Assembly (NCBI GenBank): GCA_963722075.1
Contig: CAVRJM010000001.1
Coordinates: forward strand, 896,001-960,000
Direction: 5' to 3'
Source: Candidatus Babeliales bacterium
GTDB taxonomy: Bacteria; Babelota; Babeliae; Babelales; JANWKD01
Length of the DNA: 64,000 nt
Part shown: positions 21,905-32,132 of the stretch, piece by piece
Position numbering within the stretch: the first letter of the stretch is position 1
Layout: each line of letters opens with the position of its first letter
Made by a program: the position numbers and the translations under genes
Notes under the pieces: model-generated
What the model saw: only the letters and a program-made list of their open reading frames with translations
Databases searched by the model: none
What the model was told of the DNA's origin: nothing

Positions 21905-23875
21905 ATGCAACATCTTTTTTTTGGTCTTATTGGCGTCGCGCTACTATGCGGGTTTGCCATGGTTGGCTTTCTCTTTACTAAAATTAAATCTATTCGGGTA
22001 GATAATGAAAAAGCTAATTCTATTGCGCAGGCAATCGCTCAAGGTGCTATGACCTTTTTGCAAGAAGAATATAAGATCATTGGCTTGGTATCGCTTGCCG
22101 TAGCAGCATTACTTTTTTATATATTTACCCCAATGGCTGCTGCAGCGTTCCTTTTTGGCGCACTGCTTTCAGCAACCACCGGATTCATAGGCATGCGTGC
22201 AGCAACATATGCTAACGTACGCACCACCATGGCAGCAAAAAATAGTGGTGAACATGCTGCGTTTCTGGTAGCTTTTTTTGGTGGTGGCGTGATGGGTTTT
22301 GCTGTTGCTACCTTTGGCTTATTTGGATTAGCCGCCGTTTTCTATCTCTTTTATGAGCATCCTCATTTCATTCCTATTATCACCAGCTTTAGCTTGGGCG
22401 GTAGCTTGGTAGCATTTTTTGCTCGCGTAGGCGGCGGGGTTTACACTAAATCTGCTGACGTTGGCGCTGATTTAGCGGGAAAACTAGAAGAAGGAATTCC
22501 CGAAGATGATCCGCGCAACCCTGCCGTGATTGCTGATAACGTTGGTGATTGCGTTGGCGATACTGCTGGCATGGGTGCTGATATTTATGAATCGTATGTA
22601 GGTGCTATGGTTTCAGCAATTATTCTGGCATTAGCAATTCCTATCTATAATAATTTTTTATATGTTTCTTTACCATTAGTTATGGCTGCGATTGGTTTAT
22701 TAAGTTCTATTGTTGGATTATTTTCAAACTTTTTTGTAAAAAGACAACCCGCAAGCATGTTGCGCAATGCAACCTTCATGGCAATCGGTATATTTTTGAT
22801 AGCAACGAGCTATTATATCAAACACATGCAGTTATCCAGAGAAATTATTGTAGCAATAATTCTCGGTTGCTTATCAGGAATTGTGATCGGTTTAATTACC
22901 GAATATTATACCGGCGGTAAACCAGTAGAACGTCTTGCAAATACTTCCCGCTCTGGCGCTGCTACTAATATTATTTACGGTTTATCACTTGGTATGGAGT
23001 CAACAGTTCTTCCCGTTATCTTATTATCATTAGCAGTATTATTAGCATTTAATTTTGGCGGTGGTCTTTTTGGCGTTGCTATTGCTGCGGTGGCTATGTT
23101 ATCCACGGTAGGTATCACCATGACGGTTGATGCATATGGCCCTATTGCTGATAACGCCGGCGGTATTGCAGAAATGGCTCACTTTGATCCGGCAGTACGT
23201 AAAATTACTGATAAATTAGATGCACTTGGCAATACTACTGCAGCAATGGGTAAAGGATTTGCTATCGGATCGGCATTATTAACGGCACTCGCGTTATTTT
23301 CTGCCTATTCAGAATCAGCTCATTTACTGGCTATTAATATTATTGATCCATGGGTAATGGCGGGTCTTTTTATTGGTGGTATTATGCCATTTATTATTTC
23401 AGCGCTTACCATGCGTTCAGTTGGTGAAGCAGCATTAAAAATGGTTATGGAAGTGCGTCGACAATTTAAAGAAATTAAAGGATTAATGGAAGGCACTGCA
23501 CAACCTGATTATAAACGTTGCATTGCTATTAGTACGCAAGCGGCATTACATGAAATGGTACTTCCTGGTCTTCTTACTATCGCCGTTCCTATTATTATTA
23601 AGTTTACGCTCGGTATCGAAGCGCTTGGCGGCCTACTAGTTGGTTCCACATTAGTTGGTGTTCTTCTGGCACTTATGATGGCAAATAGCGGTGGCGCGTG
23701 GGATAATGCTAAAAAATATATTGAAGCAGGTAATTTAGGCGGTAAAGGATCTGATGCGCATAAAGCGGCAGTCGTTGGCGACACGGTTGGAGACCCTTTT
23801 AAAGATACATCCGGACCGGCACTTAATATTTTAATTAAATTGCTTTCAATAGTGGCATTATTATTAGTTTCGTAA
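21905..23875 (+). CDS. hppA: Membrane-integral pyrophosphatase, K+-dependent type (probably Na+-pumping)
   Basis: [47 protein letters not shown]. Confidence 0.93.
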   Translation: MQHLFFGLIGVALLCGFAMVGFLFTKIKSIRVDNEKANSIAQAIAQGAMTFLQEEYKIIGLVSLAVAALLFYIFTPMAAAAFLFGALLSATTGFIGMRAATYANVRTTMAAKNSGEHAAFLVAFFGGGVMGFAVATFGLFGLAAVFYLFYEHPHFIPIITSFSLGGSLVAFFARVGGGVYTKSADVGADLAGKLEEGIPEDDPRNPAVIADNVGDCVGDTAGMGADIYESYVGAMVSAIILALAIPIYNNFLYVSLPLVMAAIGLLSSIVGLFSNFFVKRQPASMLRNATFMAIGIFLIATSYYIKHMQLSREIIVAIILGCLSGIVIGLITEYYTGGKPVERLANTSRSGAATNIIYGLSLGMESTVLPVILLSLAVLLAFNFGGGLFGVAIAAVAMLSTVGITMTVDAYGPIADNAGGIAEMAHFDPAVRKITDKLDALGNTTAAMGKGFAIGSALLTALALFSAYSESAHLLAINIIDPWVMAGLFIGGIMPFIISALTMRSVGEAALKMVMEVRRQFKEIKGLMEGTAQPDYKRCIAISTQAALHEMVLPGLLTIAVPIIIKFTLGIEALGGLLVGSTLVGVLLALMMANSGGAWDNAKKYIEAGNLGGKGSDAHKAAVVGDTVGDPFKDTSGPALNILIKLLSIVALLLVS

Positions 23876-23882
23876 GGAACAT

Positions 23883-24113
23883 ATGAATAAAAATATAATT
23901 ATTTTTTTAGTAATCACCGTTGTTGCTAGTAATCTTTATGCTATGCAACAAATCAACAACCCCAATTCTTCAAAAGAATCAAAAGATAATCAAGAAAGAC
24001 TACCCGATATAGAATTGGTATTTGGAAATGATTATCTTCTTAAAGACTGTTCTCCTACACAAAAACAAGAAATAATAAAAAGACTAAAAGAAGAAAAGAT
24101 AATAAAAGAATAG
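23883..24113 (+). CDS. Small exported peptide
   Basis: RBS aagga; signal peptide ending NLYA-MQQ; paralog of 24388. Confidence 0.6.
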   Translation: MNKNIIIFLVITVVASNLYAMQQINNPNSSKESKDNQERLPDIELVFGNDYLLKDCSPTQKQEIIKRLKEEKIIKE

Positions 24114-24126
24114 GATTTAATTTATT

Positions 24127-24365
24127 ACTGGATCCTTACGTTCCGTCTTCGTTAAAACTCCGCCGGACACGCACTTTCTATTACCACAATCCGCCGTAGC
24201 CTTGGCGAAGTCGGACGTGCTTCGGGATGACGGAAAACGTCGTTGCGACCCGTCTTCACTAAAGTTTCGTCGGACATGGTTTACGAACAACTGCGTCCGC
24301 CAAAGTTGTTTACTCCGCCATAGCTTTTTTTAGCGACGGCTGGATTAACGTAGGCGGATCCAGGT
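24127..24365. repeat. Large nested palindromic repeat cluster
   Basis: Two outer units containing several tccg...gga hairpins, one of them doubly nested. Confidence 0.85.
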
Positions 24366-24387
24366 TCAAATAAAGGAATATATAAAT

Positions 24388-24603
24388 ATGAAAATAGCCA
24401 TTTTACTTATGCTATGTGCTAGTAATCTTCACGCTATGCAACAAGATGAACCACCAATAAATTACCCAATAAAAAGAGTTGAAAAAGTTCCTGATATAGC
24501 ATTGAAAATGGGGCATGATTACATAAAATATAAAATTAAACAGGAAGATGAAGCGCATTTACCTATATCAGCCCCATTACAAAAAAAAGAAAAGAACGAA
24601 TAA
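24388..24603 (+). CDS. Small exported peptide
   Basis: Signal peptide ending NLHA-MQQ; PDIxLxxGxDY shared with 23883. Confidence 0.6.
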   Translation: MKIAILLMLCASNLHAMQQDEPPINYPIKRVEKVPDIALKMGHDYIKYKIKQEDEAHLPISAPLQKKEKNE

Positions 24604-24649
24604 GAGAAAAAGAAAGAATAACAACTACATTTTTGAATAAATTAACAAA

Positions 24650-24749
24650 TGTCATTCTGAGATCTTGCTAGCAAGATCTCAGAATCCAGTTATGAAAATA
24701 AAGATCTTTTATTTATTCGCTGGATCCTTACGCTACGCTCAGGATGACA
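24650..24749. repeat. Inverted pair of YGTC palindromes including a perfect 32-bp palindrome (24654-24685)
   Basis: attctgagatcttgctagcaagatctcagaat; ctggatccttacgctacgctcaggatgaca. Confidence 0.85.
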
Positions 24750-24790
24750 TTATTACTTTTGAAAGATAACTTACCTAATAATTTATTTTT

Positions 24791-25459
24791 CTATTGTTGA
24801 CGAGGGCGACGTCCCTTTTTCACTTTCATTTTAGTTTGTCTTTGCTCCTGCATTGCAGCAGCTTTTGCTGCTTCTGCGTCTTTTTGTGGATAGGAAATCT
24901 TCACCTCTTTTTTGCACTCTGGACCTGCAGGTGTAGGAGTCATTGGTTGATTACTTGCAATCGGTTGACTTTGTGCAATTGGTTGCACAGGCGAAGAAGC
25001 GCCCATTGGTTTTGCCATACCGGTTTTGATTTTAGCAATCACTGCTTCAATCTTTCCTTTAGTATTCTCATTATTACCACTAAATGAATCTATTTTATTT
25101 CCTTGTGCATCGTGGAAAACAAAGCCCGGATACCCTCGAACAGCATATCTATTCACTAAATTTTGGCAATCATGCACCACGCCAGCGCATACTTCAATAA
25201 AAAGAACACCGGGATTTTCTTGCGCTAATTGTTCCAATATGGGGTGAAATGCTTTGCAAGGCCCACAGGTCACGGAACTAAAATAGAGTACAACAATTTT
25301 ACCGGTGCCAATATACTTATCTAATTCTGCCCCCGATTTAATTTTAATAATTGCGCCGCCACCTTGCTGTAGTAATGTCTTCGATCCATTCTCTAATGCA
25401 TTAAGCATACCGTGCAAAATAAAGAGCGATGTTACTATCATCACTATTTTTTTATACAT
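24791..25459 (-). CDS. Exported thioredoxin-domain protein with a low-complexity tail
   Basis: Signal peptide, TCGPCK, cis-Pro loop GYP. Confidence 0.8.
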   Translation of the reverse strand: MYKKIVMIVTSLFILHGMLNALENGSKTLLQQGGGAIIKIKSGAELDKYIGTGKIVVLYFSSVTCGPCKAFHPILEQLAQENPGVLFIEVCAGVVHDCQNLVNRYAVRGYPGFVFHDAQGNKIDSFSGNNENTKGKIEAVIAKIKTGMAKPMGASSPVQPIAQSQPIASNQPMTPTPAGPECKKEVKISYPQKDAEAAKAAAMQEQRQTKMKVKKGRRPRQQ

Positions 25460-25480
25460 AAAAACTCCTTGTAAACAGGT

Positions 25481-25873
25481 TTATAAATTTTTAACTTTAT
25501 TGTCTAATGCACCCTCGCCCATTTGCCCCTTCATTTGGGAGCTATTACCATTGCCATCAATAAAAACAAAATGCGGTACACCATTTATTTCAACTCTCAT
25601 CTTTTTTGCACACTCTTGCGTTAAACCCATATTAGTAACACTAACTGTATAAAAGCAAACTCTATTACCGTATTTATTAGCAACTTGTTGATAACGGGGA
25701 ATCATAATTTTACAATGCGGGCACGATGGACTATAAAATTCTACCACCAACGGCTTTTTATTCATATCAATATCGGTAACACCGTTTACTTCAACGATAG
25801 AAGCATTAACTGCATGAGTAAATTGCAAACATATAACTACAACAAGAAAACGGTAGATACTTTTCTTTTCCAT
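25481..25873 (-). CDS. Exported thioredoxin-domain protein
   Basis: FYSPSCPHCK, GVP; start MEKK after an aagg RBS. Confidence 0.8.
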   Translation of the reverse strand: MEKKSIYRFLVVVICLQFTHAVNASIVEVNGVTDIDMNKKPLVVEFYSPSCPHCKIMIPRYQQVANKYGNRVCFYTVSVTNMGLTQECAKKMRVEINGVPHFVFIDGNGNSSQMKGQMGEGALDNKVKNL

Positions 25874-26302
25874 AACACACCTTTCCTTAAAACAAATAGC
25901 AAACAAGATACACTAATAATAAAAATTCCGCCAAATTAAAGTCAATAATATTACATTTTGAAATTAAATTAATTATCAATTTCCTATATTTCTTGGTACC
26001 TAGACGCTTAAAAGAACAATATCAATTCTCTTGTTTTGATTACAATTTGAATTTTTTTAAGCGCAATTTTGACAAAAAAATGAAGAATATATTTTCTCAA
26101 AATAGATGAAATTTTTATTTGCCTATAAGGGTTTATGGTGTTAGATTATAAATAATGCCGCCAAGCGTCTATTTCCTATTTGGAAATAAAATTTTTGCTC
26201 ATACAACGGTCTCTGCAGTTCTTGAATTTACGTATAACCACATGAGATTATTGTTGTATGAATTTTTATTTTTAACACCATTTTTTATACAAGGGCCATA
26301 TT

Positions 26303-28831
26303 ATGTATCCAGAAAACAATAAAATGCATGGAGGACTACAAAATCCACAACCGCAATGGAATATTTTATTCGATCCCCTCGTCTCATCGCTCGGTATAAC
26401 AAAAAAAAACCAAGAACCAACCTGCTTTGATATTGAAAAAATAGGAGCAACACTCGCACGTTTAAGTCAACAATTACTTCCTGCCATTTCTTTAGAACTC
26501 ATTATCAAAGAATTCAATAAAAACTTGTACGAAAAAATTTCTACCCAAGAAATTGAAAAAACATTATTATTTGCTAGCTTGCCTTTTTTAGAACAAGATC
26601 CTGCATATGGCGTTTTTGCTTGTCGTCTCCTTTTGCAAATCATGTACAAAGAGGTATTTACCACTTCCACCACTGATAGTTCCTATAAAGCTAATTATCA
26701 ACATGCTTTCTTTCAAAGTATAAAAAAGGGAATTGAACACGGCATTTTCAATGAAGCGCTGGGTTCCTTTGATTTATCATTATTGGCCCAAGCATTGCAG
26801 CCAGAACGTGATCACTTACTTACCTATATTGGTTTGCAAACCCTCTATGATCGTTATTTTTTAAAAATTGAAAATAAACGTGTTGAGTTGCCTCAACTAT
26901 TTTGGATGCGCATTGCAATGGGTCTTGCTATTAATGAACCTGATAAAAATGAAAAAGCGCTCTTATTTTATGAACAATTTTCAAATTTATATTATATCTC
27001 ATCAACACCAACCTTATTCCATTCAGGATATAAGCGCGCACAGCTTAGTTCCTGTTATTTAACCACCGTTACTGACGATTTAGATCATATTTTTAAATGT
27101 ATTGGCGATAATGCACAACTTGCAAAATGGGCAGGCGGTATTGGTAATGACTGGACTAATATCAGAGGAACGGGATCTTTAATAAAAAGTATACATGCAA
27201 CCAGTCAAGGAGTTATCCCCTTTTTAAAAATTGCAAACGACGTGGTTGTAGGAATTACTCGTAGTGGTATTAGACGCGGTGGCACCTGTGCTTATTTAGA
27301 AACATGGCACTTAGATATCGAAGATTTTTTAGACCTTCGTAAAAATACCGGTGACGAACGGCGACGCACCCATGATATGAATACCGCAAATTGGATTCCT
27401 GATCTGTTTATTAAACGCGTATTAGCAGATGCCGAGTGGACGCTTTTTTCTCCTCAAGAAGTACCTGATTTGCATCATATTTATGGAACGGCATTTGAAG
27501 AGCGCTATCATTACTATGAAACATTAGCTCAAGAAGGAAAAATTTCCCAATTTCGTACCATCTCAGCACAAAAATTATGGCGAAAAATGCTCAGTCGTTT
27601 ATTTGAAACAGGACACCCTTGGATCACGTTTAAAGATCCCTGCAATATTCGTTCTCCTCAAGATCATACAGGTGTAGTACATAGTTCAAATTTATGTACT
27701 GAAATTACGCTTAATACTGCCGTTGATGAAACAGCGGTGTGCAATTTAGGATCAGTAAACTTAGCGCGCCATGTTACTAATGGCGCACTTGATGATCAAT
27801 TGTTACAAAAAACAGTCAGAACCGCTATCCGCATGCTTGATAACGTTATTGACCTCAATTTCTATCCAACGCAAGAAGCCAACAATTCTAATATGCGCCA
27901 TCGCCCCATTGGCTTAGGCGTTATGGGTTTTCAAGATGCTCTTTTTAAATTAAATATTAATTTTGAAAGCTCGCAAGCAATCGATTTTGCTGATGTCGTT
28001 GGTGAAAAAATTCTTTATTATGCTGTATCTGCTTCTGCTGAACTTGCGCGCGAACGCGGCGCTTATTCAAGTTATAAAGGTTCTAAATGGGATAGAGGAA
28101 TATTCCCGTTAGATACCATTGATCTTTTAGAAAAAGAACGTGGGCTTCCTATAAAAGTTAACAGAATGCAACGGCTTGATTGGAACCGCTTAAAACAGCA
28201 AGTAAAAATTGATGGTATGCGTAATTCAAATTTATTAGCAGTAGCGCCAACAGCAACCATTGCTAATATTGCCGGTTGTTATCCTTGCATCGAGCCAATT
28301 TATAAAAATATTTACGTTAAATCGAATATTGCGGGCGAATTTACCATTGTTAATAGCTATTTAGTAGAAGATCTTAAAGATTTAGGACTCTGGAATAGCT
28401 CTATGGTTGAACAATTAAAATATTATGATGGTAATCTTGCTTTAATTGATGCCATTCCACAATCATTAAAAAATAAATACAAAACAGCGTTTGAACTTGA
28501 TCCAATTCATATGATTAAAATCACCGCAGCGCGTGGTAAATGGATTGATCAAAGTCAATCTCATAATGTGTTTATGCAAGGCGTATCAGGTCAAAAATTA
28601 CATGATATTTATATTACCGCTTGGGAGAGTGGCTTAAAAACAACGTATTATCTACGAACATTAGGTGCAAGTCAAATTGAAAAAGCAACGTTAGATGCAT
28701 CCAAATATGGATATACGCAAAAACGAGAATATAAACCTCTTGCTGATGAGCAACCCATAGAAAATACGGCTGCAGAATTTTCTGGCGGCGTTATATGCAA
28801 TCTTGACCCCGGTTGTGAATCGTGCCAGTAA
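26303..28831 (+). CDS. nrdA: Ribonucleoside-diphosphate reductase alpha subunit (class I)
   Basis: STPTL, LSSC, SNLCTEI, VCNL, APTATI, KTTYYLR, C-terminal CESC. Confidence 0.95.
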   Translation: MYPENNKMHGGLQNPQPQWNILFDPLVSSLGITKKNQEPTCFDIEKIGATLARLSQQLLPAISLELIIKEFNKNLYEKISTQEIEKTLLFASLPFLEQDPAYGVFACRLLLQIMYKEVFTTSTTDSSYKANYQHAFFQSIKKGIEHGIFNEALGSFDLSLLAQALQPERDHLLTYIGLQTLYDRYFLKIENKRVELPQLFWMRIAMGLAINEPDKNEKALLFYEQFSNLYYISSTPTLFHSGYKRAQLSSCYLTTVTDDLDHIFKCIGDNAQLAKWAGGIGNDWTNIRGTGSLIKSIHATSQGVIPFLKIANDVVVGITRSGIRRGGTCAYLETWHLDIEDFLDLRKNTGDERRRTHDMNTANWIPDLFIKRVLADAEWTLFSPQEVPDLHHIYGTAFEERYHYYETLAQEGKISQFRTISAQKLWRKMLSRLFETGHPWITFKDPCNIRSPQDHTGVVHSSNLCTEITLNTAVDETAVCNLGSVNLARHVTNGALDDQLLQKTVRTAIRMLDNVIDLNFYPTQEANNSNMRHRPIGLGVMGFQDALFKLNINFESSQAIDFADVVGEKILYYAVSASAELARERGAYSSYKGSKWDRGIFPLDTIDLLEKERGLPIKVNRMQRLDWNRLKQQVKIDGMRNSNLLAVAPTATIANIAGCYPCIEPIYKNIYVKSNIAGEFTIVNSYLVEDLKDLGLWNSSMVEQLKYYDGNLALIDAIPQSLKNKYKTAFELDPIHMIKITAARGKWIDQSQSHNVFMQGVSGQKLHDIYITAWESGLKTTYYLRTLGASQIEKATLDASKYGYTQKREYKPLADEQPIENTAAEFSGGVICNLDPGCESCQ

Positions 28832-28847
28832 TTGAAAGGAATAAACA

Positions 28848-29849
28848 ATGGCAAAAAAAACATTACTTAATAATTCGGTCACTGACCCTAATAAAATATT
28901 GCCCATGACCTATACCTGGGCCCGGCAGCATTATAAAGATGGCATTGCTAATAATTGGACTCCCGAAGAAGTCTCTATGCAATTGGATGTAGAGCAATGG
29001 CGTTCTACTACCATATTATCGGAAAAAGAACGGCGATTAATTTTATGGAATTTAGGTTTTTTTTCTACTGCAGAATCACTGACAGCAAATAATCTTGTAC
29101 TCGCCGTGTATAAACATATTACTAATCCAGAATGTCGCCAATATCTACTACGGCAAGCATTTGAGGAAGCAATTCATACTGATACCTTTATTTATTGTTG
29201 CGATACTTTAGGACTGGATCCCGATGAAATTTATAACATGTATAATACCATCCCTTCAATTGCGCAAAAGGATAATTTTGTTATTAGCTTAACGCAATCA
29301 ATTTTCGATCCTCATTTCACTACTCAAGGTGACGAAAATATTAAAAAATTTCTGCATGATCTCATTGGCTATTACGTTATTATGGAAGGCATCTTCTTTT
29401 ATGCTGGCTTTGCTATGATGCTTGCCTTAAAGCGCCAAAAGAAGATGATTGGCATCGGCGAACAATTTGAATATATCATGCGTGATGAAAGCATTCATTT
29501 AGCATTTGGTTGCGATGTGATTAATACCATAAAAGCCGAAAATCCTCAGGTATGGACCCAAGATTTTCAGGAAGAGATTGTTTCATTAATTAAACAAGCA
29601 GTTATTTTAGAATCTCAATATGCATTTGATGCATGCCCTGAAGGATTATTAGGAATCAATCCACACCAATTTTGTGATTATGTAGAATATATTGCCGATC
29701 GTCGCTTAGAACGAATCGGACTACCAAAAGTATATTTTAAAGAAAATCCATTCCCGTGGATGTCTCAAGCAGTTGATCTCTCAAAAGAGAAAAATTTCTT
29801 TGAAACACGCGTAACAGAATATCAAACGGCTGGCTCATTAGAGTGGTGA
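28848..29849 (+). CDS. nrdB: Ribonucleotide reductase beta subunit, class Ic (Mn/Fe) signature
   Basis: FFSTAESL, EEAIHTDTF (Phe at the radical-Tyr position), MEGIFF, RDESIH, NFFE. Confidence 0.93.
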   Translation: MAKKTLLNNSVTDPNKILPMTYTWARQHYKDGIANNWTPEEVSMQLDVEQWRSTTILSEKERRLILWNLGFFSTAESLTANNLVLAVYKHITNPECRQYLLRQAFEEAIHTDTFIYCCDTLGLDPDEIYNMYNTIPSIAQKDNFVISLTQSIFDPHFTTQGDENIKKFLHDLIGYYVIMEGIFFYAGFAMMLALKRQKKMIGIGEQFEYIMRDESIHLAFGCDVINTIKAENPQVWTQDFQEEIVSLIKQAVILESQYAFDACPEGLLGINPHQFCDYVEYIADRRLERIGLPKVYFKENPFPWMSQAVDLSKEKNFFETRVTEYQTAGSLEW

Positions 29850-29853
29850 CTAC

Positions 29854-29891
29854 AAAAAAGGCGCTGCAGTATAAACTACAGCGCCTTTTTT
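29854..29891. terminator. Bidirectional intrinsic terminator between nrdB and ppa
   Basis: aaaaaaggcgctg...cagcgcctttttt. Confidence 0.85.
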
Positions 29892-29932
29892 AAATCATTT
29901 TATCATCACCATAAGGACTTTTTTATCATTAA

Positions 29933-30481
29933 CTATTTAAACGCGCCCTGTTTAAGCATTTTTTGATAATAAGCAATACTGTTATTAATAAGCTCATATG
30001 CTTCTTGTTGATCAAGAAAATGCTCAACAACAACCTGCTTTTCTTCTAATTTTTTATAAGTCTGAAAAAATTCTTTTATGGTATCTAATAAACCATCCGG
30101 CAATTCAGAAAGCCCCCCAATCTTATTCACGGCATGATCATGGGTAGCAACAGCAATGATTTTATCATCTCGTTGACCATTATCAATCATATGCAAGGCA
30201 CCAATGGGAGTTGCCTCTACTATAGATAAGGGCACTAACTGCTCAGAACAAATAATTACTGCATCCAATGGATCTTCATCTGCGCAATAGGTTTGCGCCA
30301 CAAAACCATAATGAAACGGATATGCTAAATGAGTAAGGAGTACTCGATCAAGCCGCAATAAGCCCGATTCTTTATCTAATTCGTATTTTGCCTTTGAACC
30401 TTTAGTAATTTCGATTACCGTATTCACCGTTTTTGGGGCATTTTTACCTGGCGATAATAAATGCCATGGATGAAGAATCAT
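29933..30481 (-). CDS. ppa: Soluble inorganic pyrophosphatase (family I)
   Basis: HPWH, KYELDK, YPFHYGF, DEDPLD, DDKIIAV, YKKLE. Confidence 0.92.
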   Translation of the reverse strand: MILHPWHLLSPGKNAPKTVNTVIEITKGSKAKYELDKESGLLRLDRVLLTHLAYPFHYGFVAQTYCADEDPLDAVIICSEQLVPLSIVEATPIGALHMIDNGQRDDKIIAVATHDHAVNKIGGLSELPDGLLDTIKEFFQTYKKLEEKQVVVEHFLDQQEAYELINNSIAYYQKMLKQGAFK

Positions 30482-30573
30482 AGCGTCCCTTATATAAGTT
30501 ATAGATCTCATTGATAATAAAGATAATTATATCATATATTGAGAGGGATCTATATAAAAAAATAGGTAGTTAT

Positions 30574-32073
30574 ATGAAACCAATGAAAAAAGCCCCTGTT
30601 TTGCTCGTTATACTCGATGGGTTTGGCTATAGTAACCAAACTAAATATAATGCTATCGCTCAGGCAAATACTCCCTATTTTGATTCTTTTTTACAGAATT
30701 ACCCTCATACCTTATTACCAGCCGCGGGTAAATCGGTCGGATTACCTGAAGGTACTACCGGAAACTCTCAAGTAGGCCATCTAACCATCGGTACGGGGCA
30801 AATTGTTGAACAACCAAGCCTATTTATCGCTCATGCCATTGATGATGGCAGCTTTTTTAAAAACCAAACACTTATTAATAACCTAAAACAGCTACAAAAG
30901 AAAAACGGTCGCTTACACTGCATGGGCCTTCTTTCTGATGCTAATGTACATAGTAATATAAAACAGCTTTATGCTTTTCTTCAGATGGCAAAAGAAATCG
31001 CTATTGATCAGGTATTTATTCATGCGTTTCTTGATGGTAGAGATGTTGCTCCTCAATCGGCAAAACATTATTTATCAGCATTAGATGCACATATAAAACA
31101 ATTAGGTATCGGAACAATAGGCTCGCTACATGGTCGATTTTATGCCATGGATCGTGACCATAATTGGCAGCGAACCGAACAATCCTATCAAATACTTACC
31201 CACGAACAAGAAATTCAATTTGATTCCTGGCAGAAGGCATTAGATTATTATTATCATGATGCTATTACTGATGAATTTGTTCCCCCTACGCAATTACATG
31301 CTCAGAGCACTATTGCCAATGGCGATGGCATCATTTTTTTTAATTTCAGACCAGATCGTGCGCGCCAACTGACACAATCATTCATTGACCCACAATTTTC
31401 TTTTTTTCCAACCACTCATATACCGCTTACTTTTTTTATAACGCCGGTTGATTACCATATGCCTTACCCTACCACCTTCCTTTTTTCTGATCCGCATATT
31501 ACCAATACGTTAAATCAACAATTAGCACATGCGGGTAAAACCATTTTTTCAATTGCTGAAACAGAAAAATATGCACATGTTACTTATTTTTTTAATGGCT
31601 TTCACGAGCAGCCCCTTCCTACTGAAACGCGAATATTGATTCCATCACTACCGCTCAAAAATTATATACAACACCCTGAAATGTCTGCTGATGCAATTAC
31701 CCAAGCAGTAATCAAAGATTTAGAACAGAGCACCCATGATTTTTATCTGATTAATTACGCAAATGCCGATATGGTAGGCCACTCAGGAAATTTTCAAGCC
31801 ACAATTAAAGCAATTGAATGTTTGGATGAACAACTAGGGAAATTATATGAAGTCGCTGTGCAAGAGATGAATGGCACACTGTTTATTACTGGTGATCATG
31901 GTAAAGCAGAGCAAATGGCTGATCCTAAGACTGGATTAATAAATAAGGCTCATACCATAAATCCTGTTTATTTTATTATGGTTCACAAAGGAATTGCGCA
32001 ACAGCAATTGCCATCTTCTTTAAAAGGGCTTGCAGATATTGCATCATATATTTTACAACAGATGAGAATTTAA
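30574..32073 (+). CDS. gpmI: 2,3-bisphosphoglycerate-independent phosphoglycerate mutase
   Basis: ILDGFG, GNSQVGH, DGRD, YAMDRD, AETEKYAHVTYFF, DMVGHSG. Confidence 0.95.
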   Translation: MKPMKKAPVLLVILDGFGYSNQTKYNAIAQANTPYFDSFLQNYPHTLLPAAGKSVGLPEGTTGNSQVGHLTIGTGQIVEQPSLFIAHAIDDGSFFKNQTLINNLKQLQKKNGRLHCMGLLSDANVHSNIKQLYAFLQMAKEIAIDQVFIHAFLDGRDVAPQSAKHYLSALDAHIKQLGIGTIGSLHGRFYAMDRDHNWQRTEQSYQILTHEQEIQFDSWQKALDYYYHDAITDEFVPPTQLHAQSTIANGDGIIFFNFRPDRARQLTQSFIDPQFSFFPTTHIPLTFFITPVDYHMPYPTTFLFSDPHITNTLNQQLAHAGKTIFSIAETEKYAHVTYFFNGFHEQPLPTETRILIPSLPLKNYIQHPEMSADAITQAVIKDLEQSTHDFYLINYANADMVGHSGNFQATIKAIECLDEQLGKLYEVAVQEMNGTLFITGDHGKAEQMADPKTGLINKAHTINPVYFIMVHKGIAQQQLPSSLKGLADIASYILQQMRI

Positions 32074-32132
32074 AATTCTTGATTTCTACTTTCAATTACT
32101 AATAGATTTTCCTTAATGTTTTTATAAGGAAA

